Assembly: GCA_964016885.1 (NCBI GenBank)
Contig: OZ024740.1
Coordinates: 357,244,001 to 357,308,000, forward strand
DNA length: 64,000 nucleotides
Reading direction: 5' to 3'
Source of the DNA: Eledone cirrhosa
Taxonomy: Eukaryota
Numbering within the stretch: the first letter of the stretch is position 1; every line of letters starts with the position of its first letter. Of the stretch, positions 12,693 through 26,751 are shown piece by piece. Below the pieces are notes generated by a model that was not told the DNA's origin, searched no databases, and worked only from the letters and a program-made list of their open reading frames with translations. Position numbers and translations under genes: made by a program.

Positions 12693-14204
12693 TAATTATG
12701 TCTTCCCCATTTCTATATATTCTGCAAAACGAATGAATGAAGTAAATAACAATCCATAACAAACCAAAATCCTAGAATACCTAAAAAATACTGCCCTACA
12801 AAACCCGAACCAAATCAATGCAAACAACGATTCAAATGAAAAGCTGGAAGTCCTGACCACAATAGTCGAAAGATAGAAATAATCCAAGAATTACAAACAT
12901 TAGATCTTCTTTTGGATCATCGTGTGTACTTCCCGAAAATACCATTCCTTGATAAAACAGAAATATCAATAAAAAGCGCTAGCCTGCCTATCATAGGCAT
13001 AGTTAACATAAACAGAAAATCTAAATGACTTAATATAAAGGAATAGCGAAAACAAATATACAAAAAAAGAAGGAAAATATGTGTAAAGACCTTTCAATCC
13101 TAAATGAAATCAATAACGAAAGTAAAGAACGAGACGCAAAGACAAATCTCCCCACACACACCCACACTCCCACACACCCACACACCCACACACCCACACA
13201 CCCACACCCACACACCAAAACGAATTATCCGAAATCAAAGAACGCCTGAAATAAAAAATCTTTATTAAGGTGCAGACAATTTGTCGGTATGACAAACGTC
13301 AAATGTTGTTTGAGCTGACTCAAATGCAAAGCGATTTCCCCAAGAATAAAGCAAACGATAATGCCGCATCAACAGCAAGAGAATTAAGAATTAGTGGGGG
13401 TGATGTACAGCAAAAGTATCATCATAGACAGGATTATTCAAAACAACCAGATCAGCACTTAAGAAGCCATAACAGAAAAAGTAATCCACATACTGGGAAA
13501 TAAACAATTAGAAGGAGCCATGATCCCAAACTTCTAGTTAGAATATTCTATAGAGACACATAAGGTGTTAACAGAGAAATTTAATGCGAGACTAACAGAG
13601 TCAGAAACAGTACGGGACTGGCTCATTGATTAAAGATACAACAAACCCCAAAGCACCACAAACTTATAATCCGCCTTCTAACAATTAACGAAACATACGT
13701 TCAATAATATCGCAGAGATTAAGTAAACACTTGGGAAAAAATAACCTGTCTCCACGTGTAAAATTATTTACAATGAAAGTGTCCCAGTAGAAGAAGAACT
13801 CCTTGGATTTAACTAGGAAATCCCTGCAGATCCTGTGAATGTGCCCTTTGTCAAAAAGCTGCACTGAACCATATTGTATACCTCATAATCTCACACATCT
13901 ATCTATTAAACAGTATAACCGCCACACTTTTTTTGTCACCATTTTCGTAACCTTGCCACCATCCTTCATAGCGTTGATAAAATAAAGTACCAGTCAAGTA
14001 CTGAAGTCGATATAATCGACTTTCCCTTTACCCTAATTATTGGCCTTGTGCCTAAATTAGAAATACTGGCAAAGCGACTACTATTGCTACAACCATCACC
14101 AATAGCAGAACCATCATAAACACCACCACATATTCTAAATCATTTCAACTAACAACTTTGTCACAATTGGTATATTTTCAGTCACCATCTAACCACCGAC
14201 AATT

Positions 14205-14865
14205 TGTATTAGCATTGCCAACTCGAAAGAAGGTGATCTCCGACTTGCACTTGATAGGTTTAATGCCGAGTGCTGCATGACTGGAAAGAAAATCAGTGCT
14301 GCGAAAACTGAGACAGTCGTCCTGTCAAGGAAGCCTGCGCGGTGCACTTGACATGTGAATGGTGTTTCACTGAAGCTGATAGAGAAATTCAAGTATCTCG
14401 GGGCCATGTTCATGAGTGAGGGAAGGCAGAAGATTGAATTAAGTGCAAGAATTGCAGGAGCTGGTACAGTGATGCGCCAGCTTCAGCATTCGGTATCCAG
14501 AAGGGAGGTGTAAAAACCAAACTCACTATTTTCAATTCGTTATTCGTGACGACCCTTATCAATAGTCCCGAATCTTGGGTAATGATCGAAAGAATACAAT
14601 CTCGAATACAATCGGCCGAAATTGGGTTCCTCCGAAGGGTCTTTGGAGTAACGTTACTCGATAGAACTCGGCTGATATCGCTTGAGAATCCAGCCGGATC
14701 AGTTAGAGACGGTTGCTTCTGACAGGACCCACTGGAAGGATGTTTAAGGTCTCTGCCCCCACGACCCTCTCAGGAATAAGTGGGCGAAGATGAAGAAGAA
14801 GAAGAAGAAGAAGAAGAAGAAGAAGAAGAAGAAGAAGAAGAAGAAGAAGAAGAAGAAGAAGAAGA
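14205..14865 (+). mobile_element. RTE-clade LINE 3' fragment with (GAA)n tail
   Basis: DLRLALDRFNAEC..GKKISAAKTE...IEKFKYLG; (GAA)n at 14789-14865. Confidence 0.85.
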
Positions 14866-14979
14866 AATATATATACTGTCCGACTCTTTAACGATACTGC
14901 CAGTCTACCGCCCTAACCACGGTCAATACTAGAAATATTTGTAACGTATTTCGCTTATCATCTCGCACGCATGATATCA

Positions 14980-15026
<47 letters not shown>

Positions 15027-15172
15027 CTTCTCTCTCTCTCTCTATATATATATCTACCTCACTATCTGTCTTTCTATCTATGTATTTATCTATCTATCTT
15101 TCATCTATCTGTATCTATGTCTCTCTCTCTCATTCTCTCCCCGTTCTTTCTCTCTTTCTGTATATATATATA

Positions 15173-15364
15173 TAGGAACGAGTAGGACCCCGACGGCTGA
15201 GCTCAAACCGTTTCGACGGCTAATTCTGGACTGAATTAGCCGTCGAAACGGCTTGAGCTCTGCCGTCGGGGTCATACTTGTTCCTATTACCCACTCTACT
15301 ACTCTAAGTATTGAGTACTTTGGTGCGTTATGGTCCATCTGGTTCCTTACCACATTTCCTTCGT
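15173..15364 (+). mobile_element. (TA)n-embedded fold-back element, copy A
   Basis: ~54-bp inverted arms at 15173-15226 and 15233-15286 plus a ~78-bp tail; homologues at 20915, 27313, 34967, 53618, 61425. Confidence 0.8.
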
Positions 15365-16295
15365 TATATATATATATATATATAGATATAGATATATAGA
15401 TATAGATATATATATAAATGTAAGTATGCATGTATACGTACATACATATATGTATACAGACGTACAGTAGCATGCACATATATATATATATATATATACA
15501 TATATACATACATATGCATACAGGTACACATACATATATGCACGTATTAGTTTAGCGGCGCTTATTATAACGTCGCTTTGTTCGTTTGTAAACAAACTGA
15601 ACAGCCTGAATTTATGCCATACGGTGTTAAGGCAACCACGTCACCTTTTTTTTTTTTTTTTTTTTTTTGTTCAACACTGACACAGGAACGATGTACTAGT
15701 TTCAAGCTTGTTAGCTATCATCAGCACCGTTTACCCATCTGCCAGATAGTTGAACGTTCGAAAGTATATACTTTCCTTATGAAAATTAACGGCTGAGCAG
15801 CCTAATTTGCATATTGAGTGAGTTAAATCGGTCAGGCATACCGAAAACGATAAATTGAAACAAAATGAAAACGAAATTTCATTTCTCACTCTTAGTATGG
15901 CACTTACTTAAATGTAAGTATGCATGTATACGTACATACATATATGTATACAGACGTACAGTAGCATGCACATATATATATATATATATATATACATATA
16001 TACATACATATGCATACAGGTACACATACATATATGCACGTATCAGTTTAGCGGCGCTTATTATAACGTCGCTTTGTTCGTTTGTAAACAAACTGAACAG
16101 CCTGAATTATATATATAGATATAGATATATAGATAGGTAAATATACACGGGTGTGTATGATTGTGTATAGAAGATTATATTAATAAGAGGAATTCCAACT
16201 TTGTCTGATTTACTCGTTTTATTTACAATCCTTTAAAATATATAATGGTATTATAATGAAATAGTATGATAGAATATTAAATTCTAAGTGTTAAT

Positions 16296-16334
16296 TGAAC
16301 AAGTACTTTCATGCTTTCGCAATCTTCAGGTTCA
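16296..16334 (-). ncRNA. minimal type I hammerhead ribozyme motif
   Basis: TGAAC-CTGAAGA-T-TGC-GAAA-GCA-T-GAAA-GTAC-TT-GTTCA: 5-bp stem I, intact core, GNRA-capped stem II, palindromic loop III. Confidence 0.75.
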
Positions 16335-16379
16335 TAATATGTGGTGACAGTCAAGTTTGCAATTTTCAACTGTCTGATG

Positions 16380-17430
<1,051 letters not shown>

Positions 17431-17693
17431 GGAAAAAGAAGAGAGAGAGAAAGAGAATGTAAGTGATAGAGTGAGAAAAGGCAGAAAGTCAATCAGACAG
17501 GCAGCCAGATAGAGACAGGGACATAAAGTGGGGTAGGGCAGGGTAGGGGTAGTGGATTTGTGCATGTGGGGTTGGTTAGGAGGTGGGGTTTGATGGTCGG
17601 CTGGCTGGGTGGCAGACCTCACACGGAGTGATCAGCCGAATGTCACCACTCGAACATACCTCCCACAAACTGGTTGCTTTCGCTATCTTCTTG

Positions 17694-18492
17694 CATCATC
17701 ATCATCGTCATCATCATCGTCATCATCATCATCGTCATTGTCGTCATCATCATCGTCATTGTCGTCATCATCACCATCGCCATCATCATCGTCATCATCA
17801 CCATCGCCATCACCATCGCCATCATCATCGTCATCATCGTCATCATCATCATCATCATCACCATCGTCATTGTCGTCATCATCACCATCGCCATCATCAT
17901 CATCATCACCATCGCCATCATCATCATCATCATCGTTATCATCATCATCATCATCATCATCGTCATTGTCGTCATCATCACCATCGCCATCATCATCATC
18001 ATCATCGTTATCATCATCGTCATCATCGTCATCATCATCATCATCATCACCATCGTCATCAGCATCATCGTCATCACCATCGTTATCATCATCGCCATCA
18101 TCGTTATCATCATCGTTATCATCATCATCATCATCACCATCGTTATCATCATCATCATCATCACCATCGTTATCATCATCGTTATCATCATCATCATCAT
18201 CACCATCGTTATCATCATCATCATCATCACCATCGTTATCATCATCATCATCATCAGCATCACCATCGTTATCATCATCGTCATCAGCATCATCGTCATC
18301 GTCATTGTTGTCATCATCATCATCGTCGTCTTCGTCGTCGTTTCCATATCCCCTCCATAATCACGGCTTATCCTTCCTCCTCATTGCCGCCGTCGTCGTC
18401 GTCATCTCCCCCCCCCCTCCTCCTCCTCATCATCATCATCATCATCATCATCGACATTATCGTCGTCGTCATCATCATCATCATCATCATCG

Positions 18493-18536
<44 letters not shown>
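17694..18536. repeat. degenerate (CAT)n trinucleotide block
   Basis: CAT with CGT/CAC/CGC/TAT variants over ~840 bp, interrupted at ~18340-18425. Confidence 0.97.
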
Positions 18537-18707
18537 GCATCGTCTATGACATATTTGATTCAAAAACCTCCATTAACAATAACATTGCTCCACTACCATC
18601 AGTATCAACATGTGGGCCTCTACGTGGTCACTAGAGCTCTAGAAACAGCAGCCAAATCTGTCTAAAATCAGAACGTACTGTCTTAAGGACATATAGTTAG
18701 TTTAGTG

Positions 18708-18968
18708 TACTCTCGGGTCCTAAATAATAGGGGAGTTGGAATAAGCGGGTGTGGGGGATCAATAATTTTTCTAGGTTGTTTCCGTTGACTTTTTTTAAAA
18801 ACCAGAATCAGTCGTTTAGTTTACATATTCAGACCCCAACCCATTCTATTTATTTTATAACGTATGGGATTTCTAGTAATGTTAACACTTTAAAAACAAA
18901 TTTCCCCGGAGATAGAGTAGCAAAATTTAATGAGCGGGGGATAGGGGTGATTATTCAAGATTCGATAC
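18708..18968. mobile_element. MITE-like DNA element
   Basis: Starts TACTCTCGGGTCCTAAATAATAGGGG; inverted homologue at 45755-46039. Confidence 0.55.
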
Positions 18969-19261
18969 ACCTATGCCTGAAAAAATGACTAGAATGTCGT
19001 GATCACAGTCCAGCTCGAACAAAGTTGACCTGGGACTAAACAACAACGAACCAAGGAGGTCGCATCTACGTTGTCGTTTGATCTTCTAGAGACAGCCGAA
19101 AAATCTTTCTCCGACCACACCTTACCGTCTAAAAAGGGAAACTTTGGTTAATATATTCCTTGATATGCTATGTCTGAATAAATTACAGGACAGTCACGGC
19201 TGGAACTTTATGATAATATTAATCTTCCATCTGGTTGTTAAACAACATCATATTATCAACA

Positions 19262-19388
19262 GGGTCAGCTTTGCCTTTCATCCTTACGGGATCGATAAAA
19301 TAAAGTACCAGTAATGTACTGGGGTCGATTTAATCGACTTTCTCTTTCCAAAAATTGTTGGCCTTGTGCCTAATGTAGAAACAATTAT
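19262..19388 (+). mobile_element. SINE family A core and tail fragment
   Basis: GCCTTTCATCCTTACGGGATCGATAAAATAAAGTACCAG core. Confidence 0.8.
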
Positions 19389-20807
19389 TTATACCCACTA
19401 CTTTCTCCTTTATATTTTGATTCATAGCGAATAATCCTTATTAATATCCCTTCATTATCATTTCGCCCTTCCACACTCATTTTCTGGAACCCATCTCCGG
19501 ATTCCATCCTAAGTTTTTAAAATATCATTCTTAAATAGAAATTGGATGTTTGTTTTAATATGAATTATTACGATTAACTTTTAGAGGTAGATCAGAAGTT
19601 GTGTTGTTTATGATTTTGACGACAAAGTAAAAGTAGAGACACTAAAATGTGGTTCACGGAAATCATATTTCTTAACTTATAACGTTCTGTACTGCATGAA
19701 ACCACATCAGCAACACATTCTTGAAAAGTATTTTTCTAAAAAACCACTATGATTGTATCACATTAAAAATTGAAGATTAGTCTAATACCGTAACATTTTT
19801 TTTTTTTTTTTTTTTACAATGATCCGTCCATTAGTAAAGTTACTACAAATATTTGAATTAACAAACCTGTCTTGAGACATTTTCTGCTAAATCATTACAA
19901 GATGATAAGAGTTAATCTATTAAGTTTGAAGTAGTTGCAACGTTTTAATTTTGGTGAATCATTAGTTCTTAGAATGGAGAAATAGGAAGTCTTAACTCTC
20001 GGAACTTATCCCGGTTCCATAAGGAATAGAAAGCTCATCCTGGATGGGACCTCATAAGTTTCAAATATTCATTTTTTTCAGCTGAGAGAACTGGAGCAAC
20101 GTGAAATAAAAAAAAAACAATGCCTAAAGAAAGAAAAACAAAACGTCTCGGACTCTCGAACCCACAGCGTTATTATCGTGAACCCAACACTTTAACCACG
20201 ATGCCACCCACCTTCATTAGCATTATAAGTGAAGTAAATTCGTTACAAACTAGAATAGAAATTGGCTGGGGTGCCTGGCATATCATATGTGGACCTTCAA
20301 CATTGTTCACGGGTCTGATGTGTAGAAATTAAATATAAAATATAAATCCAAAATACATTTCTATGAGTTCATCTCTAATCGTCTCTCAATGAATAGGTCT
20401 CACTGCTTGCACGGATTCCCATGACTTTCTGTCGCTATCCAATTCAGCATGATATGTAATCCTGAGTAGAATGAAACAGTTCTAGTCCCTTAAAAGCCTT
20501 TTCTATATTAAATCTTTGTTATACAGGACTAGAACTGTTTCATTCTACTCGGGATCAACATATATGTATGTAGTATTATATATATATATATAGCAAACAT
20601 CACGGGCGCTCTATCTCAAAATTTATTTTGAAAAGCATTAGAAATGCGCAACCGGTAAAACTTAAAACCAAAACTGAATACTAACCAATACTGTTACTAA
20701 TTTTTACTTATTCCTAATTAAACTATTTTTCACTGGGAACAATTTGTCAGCATTTTCTTTTCCTTTTACCAATATATCATAACGCGTGTGTTACACCTTT
20801 ATTCTTT

Positions 20808-21067
<260 letters not shown>

Positions 21068-21203
21068 TAGTCCTTCATCAGTGATCTTCCAACCATCATT
21101 GGTATTTCATCGCTTTAAAGACCAATGATGGTTGGAAGATCACTGATAAAGGACTAACTTTATATATATGTAACCCATTAGCAACCCGCACCACGTTTTT
21201 CTC

Positions 21204-21270
<67 letters not shown>

Positions 21271-21696
21271 CGTATATGTATAGGTATAGAATAAAAGTGG
21301 AAATGCACAGAAGAATATATAACGAATCCTTTTTTTCTTTAATCCTACAAAAGAAATATTTCTACATTTGCTACATCAAATATTACTGGTTTCAGTTGAT
21401 TGTGTCAATCTTATTAAATAATTATTAATTTATATTTTAAAAACTCTAATTTATATGAGGACTGAATTTTTTAATATAAACTAATTATCGTTTGGTAAGA
21501 TTGATGTAACCGATGGAAACCGGTAATATTTGATAAAATTAAAATGTATTTGGTGTAACAAATCCAGAAATATTTGTTTTGTTGGATTAAAGAAAAAGAG
21601 ATTATTTAAATACACTTCCGTACATTCCCATTTTTAATGTTTACCTATAATCTCTATTTTGTATGGAACTTTACCCCTGTTATTCACTAACACACA

Positions 21697-21796
<100 letters not shown>

Positions 21797-21805
21797 ATAT
21801 ATATA

Positions 21806-21946
<141 letters not shown>

Positions 21947-22225
21947 GACGATGTTTTATGTCTTCGTGGCGTTTATTGAGTAGTGACGCACGTTTCGCTA
22001 ACGATCAGCTCAAGATTCGATCTGTATTGATCTGGCTCGACTCTGGAATCAAAAGCTCTTCGGACTTCTGTTGTGGTAATGACAGAATGGTGAACCTACA
22101 GTAACTAGACGTTACAATCCCTAAATATATATATATATATATATTTGGTGTGCTAACACTTGTCTGAGGATCAGGCAGACTTGGATTCTGGTTTGGGGTG
22201 CCAACCCAGATCACGAGTCGGTTAC

Positions 22226-22291
<66 letters not shown>

Positions 22292-22309
22292 ATATATATA
22301 TATATATAA

Positions 22310-22405
<96 letters not shown>

Positions 22406-23419
22406 AGATTCTGAATATATGATAAAATGGTCTGGAAAATTCTAATACCAACATATCTCACATATAATCTCGTTCTTATCACCGATTCATATGGTGTTTG
22501 CAAATCTGGGGTTGGTGTTATAATTTAACCCAAGAGAATAATCAAGAATAAAATAAATAGTACATGATTTAGTGCTCATCTTTGAAAGAGACATCTGGTA
22601 AACAATCTACTTCAACAGAAAATGTTTACGTTTGACATCCATTTTATATTTAATAACAATTAAACCGTTAGTTATCTTGCATGAACAGTAGCCTACAATT
22701 CATCTTTCTTTACAGATATGACAACTGGTTGTAGTCAACCATTGGCATCTGTCCTTCTATAGGCACTTAACTCCTCAGGGAGTTGTACAAGTACCGTCAT
22801 GACATAGGTCTTGGGCATTAAAACCTTTCTAGGTCTGAATACAGCCGATTTCTTCCAGAGAGAGTGGGCGAGGGAGGGAATGGAGAATGAAGAGAGTGGA
22901 GGGAGAGAGGGAGAGGGAGAGAGGTGGAGCATCGACCTCAGTATTGGATTGGTACTTTATCGACCTCGACAGGATTTGAACCTAGAAGGCTGTAAGCAGG
23001 AGCAAATACCGCACACCAATCTAATCGAAATTCTAACGATTTTTGCCTATGCGGCCCTTTTTTTCATCAGTTATTTGTATCAATAATCACAAAACTTCGT
23101 CTCAAAAAGATTATTTTTTTGTCACTATGCACACAAAAAAATGATTTTCCATAGAAAACTATAGTTACTGCACCTTTTCTTAAGTCACTTCTTTTCTTAT
23201 TCTTCTTTGGTAAAGGTGCCTTCTCTTTCTAATCGACCTAAATATTTCCACTGTACACACATTGTTTAGATTTCTGTGCATATATTTTGTCAACTTTGTG
23301 TCTTTGTTTTCACTTTTTGTTTACTCCTCTGTCCTGTTTGCCATACAACGAAACGAACAAAATACACACATACATGCACGCCCGTACACACACACACACA
23401 TGCACTCGTGCGCGCGTGT

Positions 23420-23541
<122 letters not shown>

Positions 23542-23814
23542 TACCAGCTTTCTCATTTACGTACTATCTACGAAATTCAACTCGAAACACGGTAAGTAAT
23601 TTAAATTCTTCCAATTTAAACACCAGGTTTTCTAGGGAAAATCATTTTTTGTGTGCATAGTGACAAAAAAATAATATTATTGATATTAATAATCAATGTC
23701 ATATTCAATATGACATTGATTATTAATATCAACAATATGACGAACAGAAAATACATTAAAGAAGTGCGCTACGCATAAAATACAACTACGATAGGTCTCT
23801 GGAAAAAGGAAATG

Positions 23815-26751
23815 GATTCTCCAGCAAGTTCCGCTGGATCCAATGCAGAATGGCTACTACAAGGGAGATGATGGCCAACTAAAGCCAACCACTACTGATG
23901 ATCCTCCAGCACCTAAAGCCATCATTGAGATGGTGAGATGCCAGTGCAAGGGAGATTGTTCCTCACAAAGATGTTCCTGCAGGTCAAAGAATCTGCAGTG
24001 CACCGACCTTTGCCTGTGCACCACACAGTGTGAAAATGACGTGGAAAGAGTTTATGAAAACCTTGACTCAGGTAATACTGATAGTGAGAGTGATGACTGA
24101 TATCATGGTTATGACTGATTCCGTTCTAAAGGTGGCAATAACAAAGTGTGCACAAATTTGTATTCCTGCCTGTTAAAAGTCATGACTGATCTTATCGGGA
24201 AATGGACAAAAGCAAAGTGTCCACCAATTAATTGTTTTATGTATTAAAATAAAGTGTACGTGAAGACAAATTTATTTTTATTTGTTTTATGTATTAAAAT
24301 AAAGTGTACGTGAAGACAAATTTACTTTTATTTGTTTTATGTATTAAAATAAAGTGTACGTGAAGACAAATTTACTTTTATTTGTTTTATGTATTAAAAT
24401 AAAGTGTACGTGAAGACAAATTTATTTTTATTTGTTTTATGTATTAAAATAAAGTGTACGTGAAGACAAATTTACTTTTATTTGTTTTATGTATTAAAAT
24501 AAAGTGTACGTGAAGACAAATTTACTTTTATTTGTTTTATGTATTAAAATAAAGTGTACGTGAAGACAAATTTATTTTTATTTGTTTTATGTATTAAAAT
24601 AAAGTGTACGTGAAGACAAATTTACTTTTATTTGTTTTATGTATTAAAATAAAGTGTACGTGAAGACAAATTTACTTTTATTTGTTTTATGTATTAAAAT
24701 AAAGTGTACGTGAAGACAAATTTATTTTTATTTGTTTTATGTATTAAAATAAAGTGTACGTGAAGACAAATTTACTTTTATTTGTTTTATGTATTAAAAT
24801 AAAGTGTACGTGAAGACAAATTTACTTTTATTTGTTTTATGTATTAAAATAAAGTGTACGTGAAGACAAATTTACTTTTATTTGTTTTATGTATTAAAAT
24901 AAAGTGTACGTGAAGACAAATTTACTTTTATTTGTTTTATGTATTAAAATAAAGTGTACGTGAAGACAAATTTACTTTTATTTGTTTTATGTATTAAAAT
25001 AAAGTGTACGTGAAGACAAATTTACTTTTATTTGTTTTATGTATTAAAATAAAGTGTACGTGAAGACAAATTTACTTTTATTTGTTTTATGTATTAAAAT
25101 AAAGTGTACGTGAAGACAAATTTACTTTTATTTGTTTTATGTATTAAAATAAAGTGTACGTGAAGACAAATTTACTTTTATTTGTTTTATGTATTAAAAT
25201 AAAGTGTACCTGAAGACAAATTTACTTTTATTTGTTTTATGTATTAAAATAAAGTGTACGTGAAGACAAATTCATTTTTATTTGTTTTATGTATTAAAAT
25301 AAAGTGTACGTGAAGACAAATTTATTTTTGTTTTTTTTTATGTATTAAAATAAAGTGTACGTGAAGATAAATTTATTTATATTTGTTTTATGTATTAAAA
25401 TAAAGTGTACCTGAAGACAAATTTACTTTTATTTGTTTTATGTATTAAAATAAAGTGTACGTGAAGACAAATTCATTTTTATTTGTTTTATGTATTAAAA
25501 TAAAGTGTACGTGAAGACAAATTTATTTTTGTTTTTTTTTATGTATTAAAATAAAGTGTACGTGAAGATAAATTTATTTATATTTGTTTTATGTATTAAA
25601 ATAAAGTGTACGTGAAGACAAATTTATTTTTATTTGTTTTATGTATTAAAATAAAGTGTACGTGAAGACAAATTTACTTTTATTTGTTTTATGTATTAAA
25701 ATAAAGTGTACGTGAAGACAAATTTATTTTTATTTGTTTTATGTATTAAAATAAAGTGTACGTGAAGACAAATTTATTTTTATTTGTTTTATGTATTAAA
25801 ATAAAGTGTACGTGAAGACAAATTCATTTTTATTTGTTTTATGTATTAAAATCAAGTGTACGTGAAGACAAATTTATTTTTGTTTTTTTTTATGTATTAA
25901 AATAAAGTGTACGTGAAGATAAATTTATTTATATTTGTTTTATGTATTAAAATAAAGTGTACATGAAGACAAATTTATTTTTATTTGTTTTATGTATTAA
26001 AATAAAGTGTACGTGAAGACAAATTCATTTTTATTTGTTTTATGTATTAAAATAAAGTGTACGTGAAGACAAATTTATTTTTGTTTTTTTTTATGTATTA
26101 AAATAAAGTGTACGTGAAGATAAATTTATTTATATTTGTTTTATGTATTAAAATAAAGTGTACGTGAAGACAAATTTATTTTTATTTGTTTTATGTATTA
26201 AAATAAAGTGTACGTGAAGACAAATTTATTTTTATTTGTTTTATATATTAAAATAAAGTGTACGTGAAGACAAATTTATTTTTATTTGTTTTATTTGTTT
26301 TATGTATTAAAGTAAAGTGTACGTGAAGACAAATTTATTTTTATTATGTTTGACTCGTGCTTCGATATCCTGATTATGAGTGGATCTAGAGAAGAAATAT
26401 CATATTTGCATGTGGTGTTTGCAGTTTTGTCATTAAAATTGGTATTTTTATTTAAAAAATCTTTCTTCGTGTTAAACGTAAGTGATTGTAGTCAATTTCT
26501 CTAGACTTCTGGCCCCTTAAAATGTAAGTTTAGCCACTGAAAGTAAAAGGCTACATGGCTTGGAAGTGGATATATTGATCAATTTAGATTTTAAACGGTC
26601 GCCATTTTGAAGCCCTAACACGGCCATGTTCGGAACCCTAAAAAAATGGCAACATTGATTTTTGTGTTCAATACATCCTAACGTTTCCAAAAATGTATAG
26701 TTTAATAAATCTCAAAAAAATTTGAACGAAAATACACAAGGAACTGGACTA
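23815..26751 (+). mobile_element. Academ(X)-like DNA transposon 3' portion
   Basis: C-terminal Cys-rich finger PPAPKAIIEMVRCQCKGDCSSQRCSCRSKNLQCTDLCLCTTQCEND (23843-24100); terminal region ends ...GGAACTGGACTA (TAG-type terminus); superfamily assigned from recall. Confidence 0.65.
24232..26343. repeat. 50-bp tandem satellite, about 42 units
   Basis: Unit TTTGTTTTATGTATTAAAATAAAGTGTACGTGAAGACAAATTTA(C/T)TTTTA. Confidence 0.98.

Noticed and set aside
17583-18665. Poly-His/Ser/Ile ORFs of 228-360 aa as real proteins
   Set aside because: Open only because CAT repeats lack stops in those frames; no domain or exon context
23843-24100. Host tesmin/CXC-domain gene exon
   Set aside because: The PPAP..CxCK..C...CSC...CTDLC motif followed by a UTR and a terminal repeat fits a transposon C-terminus better
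24232-26343. CRISPR-like array
   Set aside because: Units are head-to-tail with no unique spacers; eukaryotic context and no cas genes
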